A stretch of 64,000 nucleotides of DNA from an uncultured bacterium (lineage in GTDB: Bacteria; Oederibacteriota; PGYV01; CAWJRG01), in contig CAWJRG010000010.1 of assembly GCA_963845185.1 (NCBI GenBank), positions 608,001-672,000 on the forward strand. The letters are read 5' to 3'. A program made the position numbers and the translations under genes. Under the pieces are notes generated by a model. It worked only from the letters and a program-made list of their open reading frames with translations, was not told the DNA's origin and searched no databases. Shown here piece after piece: positions 30,464 to 39,279 of the stretch. Each line of letters opens with the position of its first letter. The stretch's first letter is position 1.

Positions 30464-31514
30464 TTTTTTTCGAAACTGCCGCTTCTTCAAAAGTAGCCAT
30501 CTGTGCCAGCACTTTTACCGACGCATCGGCTATACTTATTCCAAGCGCAGCGCCCGTGCCTTCGCCGAGCCTCATGTTAAAATCAAACAAAGGCACAAGC
30601 CCCATATGTTTAAGCATTGCCCTGTGCCCTTTTTCAACTGAACAGTGGCCGGCTATCATGAAATCCTTTGCCTTCGGCTCTATATGATAAGCCAGCATAG
30701 CCGCGGCACCTGAAATAAAACCGTCTATGACAACAGGCACCCTGTGAGCCGCTGCCGCAAGTATCACGCCTGTCAGGCCGCCTATTTCAAAACCCCCTAC
30801 TTTTGCGAGCACGTCTATTGCGTCCATTTTATCCGGATTGTTTATTTTCAGCGCCTTCTCTATCACCTTGACCTTGTTCTCGAATCCTTTCTCATCAATG
30901 CCTGTCCCGTGCCCGGTCAGATCCCTGACTTTCTCTTCCGTATACACGGCAGCTATGGCGCTGGAAGGAGTGGTGTTGCCGATGCCCATTTCGCCGGTCC
31001 CGGCGATATCGATGCCTTTCCTGTATTCGTCCTCGAATATTTCCATGCCAGCTTCTATTGATTTTACCGCCTCGTTCCTCGTCATTGCCGGGCCCTTTGC
31101 CATATTCTTTGTACCGTAACCCACTTTATTTATAATAAGCCCGGGATTTGGGGTTAAATCAACTGCTACGCCAAGGTCGGCCACAATCACTTTTGCGCCA
31201 ACATGCCTGGCCAGCACGTTAATCCCTGCTCCTCCGTGAAGGAAATTGTAGACCATCTGCGGGGTTACTTCTTTTGAGAAGGCGCTGACGCCTTCATCCG
31301 TAACCCCGTGGTCGCCGGCAAAGGCAAATATTACTTTTTTCTCAATCAACGGCTTTTCTTTGCCTGTGATTCCTGCTATCTGCTTTGCTAGTTCTTCCAG
31401 TCTGCCGAGGCTTCCCTGTGGCTTTGTGAGGTTATCAAGTCTTTTTTGCGTTTTTTCCATAATTTCGTCGTTAAGGCTGCTGATTTTTTCTACTGTTGTT
31501 TTCAGTTTTTCCAT
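30456..31514 (-). CDS. cobT: Nicotinate-nucleotide--dimethylbenzimidazole phosphoribosyltransferase
   Basis: LTKPQGSLGRLE, FAGDHGV, GEMGIGNTT, MRLGEGTGA. Confidence 0.96.
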   Translation of the reverse strand: MEKLKTTVEKISSLNDEIMEKTQKRLDNLTKPQGSLGRLEELAKQIAGITGKEKPLIEKKVIFAFAGDHGVTDEGVSAFSKEVTPQMVYNFLHGGAGINVLARHVGAKVIVADLGVAVDLTPNPGLIINKVGYGTKNMAKGPAMTRNEAVKSIEAGMEIFEDEYRKGIDIAGTGEMGIGNTTPSSAIAAVYTEEKVRDLTGHGTGIDEKGFENKVKVIEKALKINNPDKMDAIDVLAKVGGFEIGGLTGVILAAAAHRVPVVIDGFISGAAAMLAYHIEPKAKDFMIAGHCSVEKGHRAMLKHMGLVPLFDFNMRLGEGTGAALGISIADASVKVLAQMATFEEAAVSKKND

Positions 31515-31515
31515 A

Positions 31516-32037
31516 CTATTTTAACCTCCACGGGATTCCGGACACCATGAAAAATACCCGGTTTGAATTCTTTGCGACCATCTGGTTGACCCTGCCTGCA
31601 ATGTCCCTGAAATCTCTCGCCATCTTATTTTCCGGCACTATCCCAAGCCCGGCTTCATTCGATACAATGACGGTTTTTGACTTCGTTTTTTTTAAAGCTT
31701 TAAGCAAAACGTCTATTTCATGCGCTATATATTCCATCCTGCGCCGAGCCACCATATAGTTTGATACAAGCAGTGTCAGGCAGTCGATGATGATTACATC
31801 ATATTTGCTCCTGAAATTTTCGAGCAAGCCTGCTATATCCTCAGTCCGCACAAAAGTGTCCCATGCCGCCGGTCTTGATTTCCTGTGCATGTTGACCCGT
31901 TCTTTCATTTCGTCGTCGCGCGGTTCGCAGGTCGCGATAAACGCAACCTTTTTCTTTTTGTGATTTTCAGCCAGTTTGACGGCATAGGAACTCTTCCCGC
32001 TTCTCGCCCCGCCAAGTATAAAAGTTATCTTACTCAT
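31516..32037 (-). CDS. cobU: Adenosylcobinamide kinase/guanylyltransferase
   Basis: GGARSGKS, DCLTLLVSN, VSNEAGLGIVP. Confidence 0.95.
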   Translation of the reverse strand: MSKITFILGGARSGKSSYAVKLAENHKKKKVAFIATCEPRDDEMKERVNMHRKSRPAAWDTFVRTEDIAGLLENFRSKYDVIIIDCLTLLVSNYMVARRRMEYIAHEIDVLLKALKKTKSKTVIVSNEAGLGIVPENKMARDFRDIAGRVNQMVAKNSNRVFFMVSGIPWRLK

Positions 32038-32629
32038 AATAAGCCTTTCCTTTTCCAATTTTCAGCAGCCGCGCGCCGCCGGGCGGTGTTTGAACGTCCT
32101 TGCTTTTAAATAAAACATTCATTATTACGCATATGGGCCCTCCATGTGTAATAACGACAACTGTCTTTCCCCTGTTCCCTGAAACTATGCGTTTTATGGA
32201 TCTTACAACTCTTTTCTCGAATTCATCCATTGCTTCAGCGCATGGTATTGTTGTGTTATACGGGTCTGTTATCCATTTTCTGTATGTTTTTTCCTGCTTC
32301 TTCATCAACTGCGCGTGCGTCATGCCCTCAAACGCGCCAAAGTCATATTCCCGTAAATCCTGCATTATCTCCGGCTCCCTGTCTGGAAAAATAATCCTTG
32401 CAAATTCAAGCGCTCTTTTCCTGTCGCTTGTGTATACGCGGTCAATATGCGCGTTTTCATATTTTTTTCTCAGTTCTTTTGCCTGTTTTATGCCGGCGGC
32501 GTTAAGCCCTGTATTGGTCATGCCGAAATAACGTTTCTTCGCGTTCCAGCCGGTCTCGCCGTGCCTGATCAGGAATAATTTTGTCAAATCTTTGTCTCTT
32601 TGTTCTTTTTTTGCTCTTACAGTACACAT
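32030..32629 (-). CDS. cobC: Histidine phosphatase, probably alpha-ribazole phosphatase
   Basis: LIRHGET, LREYDFG, ITHGG; position in the cob operon. Start uncertain (TTG 32587 possible). Confidence 0.8.
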   Translation of the reverse strand: MCTVRAKKEQRDKDLTKLFLIRHGETGWNAKKRYFGMTNTGLNAAGIKQAKELRKKYENAHIDRVYTSDRKRALEFARIIFPDREPEIMQDLREYDFGAFEGMTHAQLMKKQEKTYRKWITDPYNTTIPCAEAMDEFEKRVVRSIKRIVSGNRGKTVVVITHGGPICVIMNVLFKSKDVQTPPGGARLLKIGKGKAYYE

Positions 32630-32630
32630 T

Positions 32631-33320
32631 TTAACCCTTGCTCAGCCCTTCGTCCGGAAGCAAGTCGCAGAAACAAAATCTGCCTTCTTTCAAAACGACG
32701 TCTCCTCTTTTCACGTAAATTTTCCTGTCGAATATGGGCCCGTCATAAACAAAAGTATGGAATTCTCCGTTCTCGCCGCACGGGTCAACTGAAAACGGCA
32801 AATCGGATAACAGGGTTTTGTCGAATTCCCGTCCTGCAAAGCTTGCGTCAAGAAATTTCGTATCGACGCAGGTAATAACCGCCTTGAAGCCTAAATTGAT
32901 AAATGAATCGGCAAGCTGCCTGGAGTCTTTCTTCCACAGCGGAAAAATCGCGTTCATTTGAAGTTTTGCAAGGTTGTTTTCGCGGTATTTACGCAAATCT
33001 TCAAGAAAAATGTCTCCAAAAACGACGGAATCCGTGCCCCTGTCCCTGTAATTCCCGAGAATCCGCGCCATGTTGGTTTCATATTCTTCGTTTGACGCGT
33101 TTTTCGTAATAAGCACTTTTTCAAGCCGGAGGTTCAGGGCATTTGCCTGTTGCGCAAGCAGGACACTGCGCACGCCGTGCATGCTGATCCTGTCATAATC
33201 TTCCGTAACTGTTGTCAGTAAAGCCTCCACGGAATAATTGCCGGATTTAAGAATTTCATATAAGGCGAATGAACTGTCTTTTCCGCCGCTCCATGACGAA
33301 ACCACGCTGATATTATTCAT
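32631..33320 (-). CDS. Diphthine-ammonia ligase-like PP-loop ATPase (DUF71/Dph6 family)
   Basis: SWSGGKDS, VFGDIFL, DPCGENGEFHT. Confidence 0.88.
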   Translation of the reverse strand: MNNISVVSSWSGGKDSSFALYEILKSGNYSVEALLTTVTEDYDRISMHGVRSVLLAQQANALNLRLEKVLITKNASNEEYETNMARILGNYRDRGTDSVVFGDIFLEDLRKYRENNLAKLQMNAIFPLWKKDSRQLADSFINLGFKAVITCVDTKFLDASFAGREFDKTLLSDLPFSVDPCGENGEFHTFVYDGPIFDRKIYVKRGDVVLKEGRFCFCDLLPDEGLSKG

Positions 33321-33374
33321 CTACCCGTCCTCCCAAATTCAAAATTTCTCCTTCCACCCTGATGGCGGAAAATA

Positions 33375-35372
33375 TCAAAACTGCACTTCCATGCCTGCCA
33401 TTATCATCCGTCCCTGTGTCTGATAATCATAAACTATGCGGTATTTCGTATTGTCGAATATGTTGCTCACATTGCAGAATATCCGTATATTATCGTTGAG
33501 TTTCTGTGCCGCATTTATATTTAAAAGATAATACGGCTTTAGAATTACTGAATTCCCTGAAGTAGAGTCAATTCTGTTATCGACATACTCGGCGTCAGCC
33601 GAAAGTTTTATCGCGTAAGGCAGAGAGACCGACGTATTTCCGGTAATTTTATTCCTCGGCATATACGGCAGGGGTTTGCCGCTTACTTCGTCGGTGCCGA
33701 GCATGCATGTATATCCCGCGGCAATGGACCAGAAATCATAAGGCCTATAACTCGCCTTTACCTCTGCGCCCGTGATGACAGCTTTGCCGATATTTACAGG
33801 TGTCGTTATATAAGTAGCGGGATTATATGAATAATTAATCAGGTCAGTCACGCTTCTGTAAAACCACACCAGCGATCCTGTAAACCTGTCGGTTTTATTA
33901 TCCACTCCAAGTTCGTAGGACATGGCTTGCTCGGGTTTTAAATCAGGGTTGGACTTTATGCCCCACGCTATATCGGAATAATAAAGCTCGTCAAGCGTGG
34001 GCGCTGAAAATGAATAATCCATGGTTCCGTGAACATTCGTATTTTCAGGCAGCGCGTACTTTGCCCCGAAGCTCCAGCTGTACATATTCCCATATACCGT
34101 GTTGATGTCATATCTCCCTCCGGCATCGGCCACGAGCGCTTTTATCGGCATCAGGGACACATTTAACATGATGCCTTCGTTCTGGATAATTTTCGTTCCT
34201 ATGCTGGTATCATTTATCGTTTTAATATTCTCATCAAAACCGCCTATAAGCGAAAGATAGCTTAATTGGTCATAAATTCCCATTATGCTTCCCTGCGTTT
34301 CTTTGGCGACTGTCCGCGTAGATGGATACATTGGAGAGGTGTTTGTCATGTCCCCGCTTCTCTTAAACACGCTCGCATCAATCTTTACGGCGTCAAGAGT
34401 TTCAATTTCATCGGCGCCGAATGAATAATTTTCATCATATTGATTGCCGGAAAATTCAGGGTTTGAAATGGAACCCGGGTATGCCGCATATCTATTAAGG
34501 TAATTGCCTGTCAGCGTTGTTTTGCTCCAGCCCTCTTCGAACGTAAGCTTCCCGTTAAAATATCTCTTCAGATAATCGCTGCCGGGAAAATTATCAATGT
34601 TTGGAAGATATCCCGCGCTTCTTTCCTGCAGCCCGCTTGCCGAAATCCCTGCTTTTCCAAGTTTGAAAGCGGTGCCGAGCGTTTCTCTCAGGGTATTATA
34701 GGACCCGTTTGAAACAGATGCATTTATAATGTTTTTCAATCCGGAATTTGTGATGATATTTACCACGCCTGCCGTAGCATCCGGCCCGTATATTGAAGAT
34801 AACCCTCCTTTTACAACTTCAATCCTGTCGATATTCAAAAGGTTTATCAAACCCATGTCGGTTGCGCCTGAAAGCATATCCGCCGTGGGCATATTGTCTA
34901 CCAGCACGAGCACCTGGTTTGATGCTGAGCCTCTCATCAGCAGCGATGCCGTGCCTTCTGCCCCGGAATATTTTTCTATCGTAATATCGGAAATCTCCTG
35001 AAGGATGTCTTCCGCTTTTGTCTTTCCCGAGTCCTGAATCTGTTCATTTGTTATTACATCTACGCTGCGCGGCACAAGGTTTAATATTTCCGGCACCTTA
35101 CGCGCTGTTACTACTACCTCGTTTAGCGTTGACTGCTGCGCTGTTTGAGTCGCCGCCTGCATAGAATTTGAATTATTTTCCTTTTTACCGGCCTCCGGCG
35201 GCGCAGTTTCTGCGACATTTTGTTGCGTTGTTTTATCCGGTTCGCTTTTTTGTATTATGGCAGAGCTTCCATTTGTTGCACTTTCAGGCAAATAGCCCGC
35301 ATCGTCAGCATGCGCCTGCAGCGCTCCTGCGGACAAACAGAGACAGATAAAAATTACTTTTTTAATCGGCAT
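33375..35372 (-). CDS. btuB: TonB-dependent cobalamin receptor (BtuB-like)
   Basis: EVVVTA TonB box, IDRIEVVKG...GVVNIIT plug, NPDLKPE, terminal Phe; lies in the riboswitch-led cob operon. Confidence 0.8.
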   Translation of the reverse strand: MPIKKVIFICLCLSAGALQAHADDAGYLPESATNGSSAIIQKSEPDKTTQQNVAETAPPEAGKKENNSNSMQAATQTAQQSTLNEVVVTARKVPEILNLVPRSVDVITNEQIQDSGKTKAEDILQEISDITIEKYSGAEGTASLLMRGSASNQVLVLVDNMPTADMLSGATDMGLINLLNIDRIEVVKGGLSSIYGPDATAGVVNIITNSGLKNIINASVSNGSYNTLRETLGTAFKLGKAGISASGLQERSAGYLPNIDNFPGSDYLKRYFNGKLTFEEGWSKTTLTGNYLNRYAAYPGSISNPEFSGNQYDENYSFGADEIETLDAVKIDASVFKRSGDMTNTSPMYPSTRTVAKETQGSIMGIYDQLSYLSLIGGFDENIKTINDTSIGTKIIQNEGIMLNVSLMPIKALVADAGGRYDINTVYGNMYSWSFGAKYALPENTNVHGTMDYSFSAPTLDELYYSDIAWGIKSNPDLKPEQAMSYELGVDNKTDRFTGSLVWFYRSVTDLINYSYNPATYITTPVNIGKAVITGAEVKASYRPYDFWSIAAGYTCMLGTDEVSGKPLPYMPRNKITGNTSVSLPYAIKLSADAEYVDNRIDSTSGNSVILKPYYLLNINAAQKLNDNIRIFCNVSNIFDNTKYRIVYDYQTQGRMIMAGMEVQF

Positions 35373-35386
35373 GTTCCCTCCTGTTG

Positions 35387-36259
35387 TTATTTTAACCGGA
35401 TTTTATCGAAAATATTCTCCAACATTTCGATAGCCTTTGATATTCTCGGCCCGGGCCTGAGCATTATATCCATATCTTTTTTCCCGATTACGAAGATATT
35501 TCCAAAAATCCCCGCTTTTGCCAATTTAAACCAGCTTCTTTCCATGTATCCGGATTCCGGTGTATATAAGAGCAGTATCACGTCTGGATTTCTTTTGATT
35601 ATTTCTTCGGGCGATACTTTGGGATAAAAAGAAATTGAGTCGGCCATCACGTTTATTCCGCCTGCTTTTGAGATGACATCGGTTATGAAAGAGTCCCTGC
35701 CGATGCTTATGGCGGGATTTCCCCATAACTCCAAATATACTTTTATATGTTTGTTTTGTTTTATATGTGAAATGGTTTTTTCGATGCTTGTAACTATTTT
35801 ACCGGCGGTTATTTCATTTCCAAGCAATTTTCCCATAATTTGTATGTCTTTCTCTATGGCTGAAATATCCCGCGAATAAAAAATAACGACTTTAATCTTT
35901 AATTCTTCAAGTTTTTCTATTATTTTATCCTGAAGGTCCTTTGTCGCGAGCACAACATCCGGTTTCAACGCCAATATTTTTTCAATATCCGGACTGACAA
36001 ACGAGCCTGCCTTTTCTTTTGTCAAGGCAGAAATCGGATAATTGCAGTTGATAGTGACAGCTTTAAGCTTCTTCCCGCCGCCAAGGGCATAGACCATCTC
36101 GGTTTGCGCCGGAGAAAGCGAAACAATACTTTTTACCGGTAATTTGATATCTGTTTTTCTTCCGGCATCATCAGTTATAATTTCAGCATGCGCTGAAATT
36201 ATACAGAAAAAGGAAATAAAGAAAACAAACCCGGTGCTTCTTAATAAATTAATTTTCAT
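35387..36259 (-). CDS. btuF: Cobalamin-binding periplasmic protein (BtuF-like)
   Basis: IVSLSPAQTEMVYALG, EKILALKPDVV, RPGPR. Confidence 0.82.
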   Translation of the reverse strand: MKINLLRSTGFVFFISFFCIISAHAEIITDDAGRKTDIKLPVKSIVSLSPAQTEMVYALGGGKKLKAVTINCNYPISALTKEKAGSFVSPDIEKILALKPDVVLATKDLQDKIIEKLEELKIKVVIFYSRDISAIEKDIQIMGKLLGNEITAGKIVTSIEKTISHIKQNKHIKVYLELWGNPAISIGRDSFITDVISKAGGINVMADSISFYPKVSPEEIIKRNPDVILLLYTPESGYMERSWFKLAKAGIFGNIFVIGKKDMDIMLRPGPRISKAIEMLENIFDKIRLK

Positions 36260-36354
36260 CAGTTAAGCGCTCCTTATTACTTAAAAATTCTGCATATAAT
36301 TTTACAGGCGGATAATGAAGCACCTTTCGGCAGGAGGGAGTAATAGCGGTTTTA

Positions 36355-36383
36355 AAATAAAAAACCCGGCAACCTGCGCCGGG
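36355..36383 (-). terminator. Intrinsic terminator in the riboswitch expression platform
   Basis: CCCGGC-GCAGGTT-GCCGGG-TTTTTTATTTT between the aptamer and btuF. Confidence 0.75.
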
Positions 36384-36439
36384 AATGGAATCATAATTTT
36401 GCTATATTTTCCCTTTGTGCGAAGGTACTAACCTGTAAA

Positions 36440-36517
36440 CTACAGTGGACCGGGCTACCCTTTCGGGATTACCGTTGCGACACAGCGCCCTGAATTTCAC
36501 AGGGACTTCCTCTGTAA
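36440..36517 (-). promoter_or_regulatory. Cobalamin riboswitch (compact variant)
   Basis: Minus strand TTACAGAGGAAGTCCCTGTGAAATTCAGGGCGCTGTGTCGCAACGGTAATCCCGAAAGGGTAGCCCGGTCCACTGTAG contains the GGAA, GTGAAAT T-loop and CGCAACGGTAA B12-box elements; upstream of btuF-btuB-cob genes. Confidence 0.85.
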
Positions 36518-36807
36518 TAATGGTTCTGCCAGAAACTTAGCATAAACAGCAGTCGGCTGTCAACAACTTTCTTATATTGTTTTGTTTTGATTGTCAATTT
36601 CATACATAATATTTTATACTGGAGCCCCATCACGCGCATGCGCGTAGTACCAGTTAACGGCATACGACTCTTTTCCGTCCTGAGCGAGTCGTGGGACTCG
36701 CTTTCTGCCCGCCGCTGCTAATCTAACGCTTGCCGTTGTGGCAGTAATATGACCTACATGAAGCAGAATGCGTAAGGTATTGGTAAATAAAATATATGCG
36801 CATAAAT

Positions 36808-39261
36808 TTATTGGATTGCTTTTGGCCCTATCCCCGCGTCCGCCATCTGCATGGTGTACTCCAGCATATGGTATGCTGCTGAGGCGTCGTCCGGTATCGT
36901 GACGATATTTATGGACATGGGCGAAAAAGTTATTTTCCTGGGCTTGAGTTTTTCGACCGCAAGCGTCAGGACCCTCTTCACTGTATCTTTGTTGACGACC
37001 AGTATTGCTGTGGCTGCCTTTTTTCCGTCGTAGCTCGCATATACAGACATGCCATCAGGCGCCTCAGACGGCTTGACTGATATGCCGCTGAAGTTTGTGT
37101 CCACCATTTGCTGGACGTAATATTCAGGCGTGAGTTTATATGTCACCGGATTTTTTGTTGGGTCAGTCAGCACAAACCCGAAGACAGTAAAGTTTGCGCT
37201 CTGTACAGGCTCGGCAAGTTCCCAGAACGAGAAGTTCCAGAGCCCTGCCTCGAGCGCGGCGCCCATCCTGTCCGCGTCCCAGATGGCCGCGTAGAATGTC
37301 CCGGGCCCTACCTTGCGTGTCTCCGGAGTGTATAAATTGGTATTAGCGTCGTAGCAGACGCTTGCCTCGGTGATGGCCAGCTGCGTGCCCGACTTTCCGT
37401 GTTTTGCTATTCGGTTTTTTACGCTCTGGACAAACTCCGGAAACCCGTCTATATCATTTAGCACGCCCGCTTCAGTGAGCTCCCGTGCGGAAAAACCATA
37501 ATGATGTATGCTCACTATGTCGATGTAGTCCTTGCACCCGTCGAGCATCGGGCTCAGCCAGTCATTGCCATCATTGTATTTGGCGCCGAGCTCCGGCCCT
37601 ACGAATTTAATATCCACGCCGCTGTGCGCCTTTTCATTGGCGTCCAGCATTGCCTTTGCGTAGGAATTGTAGATAGCGGCATATTCGGACACGGTCGTAA
37701 CAGGCAGGCCTGTTTTCCTTTGAAAGAATACATCATATATATCCACCTCGTCGCCTATGCTCCAGTACTTGACCCCGTACTTTTTGGTGCCGTTTATATA
37801 GGTGACAATGTCCGCCGCTCCCTGCGCCGAGGTCTTGCCGCCATCCTTGTTGTTTCCGTAAACAGGTACCATCATGATAGGCTCTGCGCCTGTTGCGCGG
37901 CAATATTCTATAAACTTATCCTCCTGGCTATTGTCGAAAAGCTCAGGACTGTTCGCGTCGTTTTGGTTGTCCGCGCCTACAATTACGTTAAGTTTCAGCG
38001 CCTTGACAGGCTCCTCTGATCCCTTTAACCCGACCAGGCCGTTTTTGTTCCAGTCTATCCAGTCAAAGTAGCAGCTGCCGAAAGCATAGGGTGATATTGG
38101 GACACCGTTGTCCCGGCTTATCTTTACCGTCTTTATCTGGGCGCCGGCTTTTGCTTTGTCAAAAAAAGCGCCTCCTGTGCCTGCCGCCTCAACCTGACCT
38201 ATTTCCAGGACAGAATCGCCTGTGATCCTTGGCATAAAAGTAATGCCCTTGGTCAACTTCAGGTCCATGCTGTGCCCCAATCGCGCGCCGGCCGGTGTGT
38301 AATATGGGTCCTTTTGGAATGATGAAAATGGGAGCGTGACTTCTGTCCAGTCCCCGGATGATACCTGGAACACTGTGCCATACTGCACGTTAAATGAGTC
38401 CTTCAAAGACATCTGCACGTTGCCTGCCGCGCTTGATTTTATTTTAAATTTGAAACAGGTATTTTTGGAAAGGTCGGAAACCGGGACATTGCGTCCAATG
38501 CCGCACCACCCGCCCTTGGCCAGGCTGTAGGTAAGCTTTACTGCCTTTTGTCCGTCGGGCCCTGTCTCAAGCACAGCGTCACACCTGGAGCCCATAGAGT
38601 CTGCGAAAGTCCCAAGCATCTGGAAAGGGCTGGTAAACCAGTCCTCGATTATCCTGCCGTTTGAAGTAGAAACTATTATTACAGGCGTGGGTGCCGCGCC
38701 CGCTGATGCTTTCCCGGCTGCCTCGATGGGCCCGATTTCCACGGTTGAGTCTCCGGTAATTTCCGGCTGCAAATTCATGCTTTTGGTCATGGTGAGGTCC
38801 ATGGCATGCCCGGGTATCGCGTCCGGCGGCGTGTAATAAGGGTCCTTGTTAAAGGATGAAAAAGGAACCGTGACTTCTGTCCAGTCCCCGGATGAAACCT
38901 GGAACATGGCGACATACTGCACGTTGTATGAGTCCTTGAGCGCTATTTGCACTTGCCCGTCCGCGTTTGACCTGGCTTTGAACTTGAGTGAATTGTCTTT
39001 GGAAAGGTCGGCCGCGACAGCGCGCCAGATCCCGCACCAGCCGCTCGCGGTTATTTTTGATGTCAGCTTGATGGCCTTGTTTCCGTCAGGCCCGGCTTCA
39101 GCCGTGAAACTGATCTTGGAACCCGTGGTATCCGCGAATGTCCCAATGTCCTGCCCCGGGTTCACCATGCTCCAGTCCTCGATGACCGCCGCAAAAACAG
39201 CTGAAGACAGGAACAACAAAACCGCCGCGAGACTTAAAAGTCTTTTCATTTTTCTTTTCAT
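36808..39261 (-). CDS. Secreted clan GH-A-like glycoside hydrolase with two N-terminal CBM11/CIA30-like modules
   Basis: Signal peptide, repeated IEDW...GWCGI...SSGDWTEVT(V/L)PFSSF module, then KYWSIGDEVD, IDIVSIHHY and LAITEAS (GH44/51/79-like). Confidence 0.7.
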   Translation of the reverse strand: MKRKMKRLLSLAAVLLFLSSAVFAAVIEDWSMVNPGQDIGTFADTTGSKISFTAEAGPDGNKAIKLTSKITASGWCGIWRAVAADLSKDNSLKFKARSNADGQVQIALKDSYNVQYVAMFQVSSGDWTEVTVPFSSFNKDPYYTPPDAIPGHAMDLTMTKSMNLQPEITGDSTVEIGPIEAAGKASAGAAPTPVIIVSTSNGRIIEDWFTSPFQMLGTFADSMGSRCDAVLETGPDGQKAVKLTYSLAKGGWCGIGRNVPVSDLSKNTCFKFKIKSSAAGNVQMSLKDSFNVQYGTVFQVSSGDWTEVTLPFSSFQKDPYYTPAGARLGHSMDLKLTKGITFMPRITGDSVLEIGQVEAAGTGGAFFDKAKAGAQIKTVKISRDNGVPISPYAFGSCYFDWIDWNKNGLVGLKGSEEPVKALKLNVIVGADNQNDANSPELFDNSQEDKFIEYCRATGAEPIMMVPVYGNNKDGGKTSAQGAADIVTYINGTKKYGVKYWSIGDEVDIYDVFFQRKTGLPVTTVSEYAAIYNSYAKAMLDANEKAHSGVDIKFVGPELGAKYNDGNDWLSPMLDGCKDYIDIVSIHHYGFSARELTEAGVLNDIDGFPEFVQSVKNRIAKHGKSGTQLAITEASVCYDANTNLYTPETRKVGPGTFYAAIWDADRMGAALEAGLWNFSFWELAEPVQSANFTVFGFVLTDPTKNPVTYKLTPEYYVQQMVDTNFSGISVKPSEAPDGMSVYASYDGKKAATAILVVNKDTVKRVLTLAVEKLKPRKITFSPMSINIVTIPDDASAAYHMLEYTMQMADAGIGPKAIQ

Positions 39262-39279
39262 TTTTGTCTCCATTTATGT

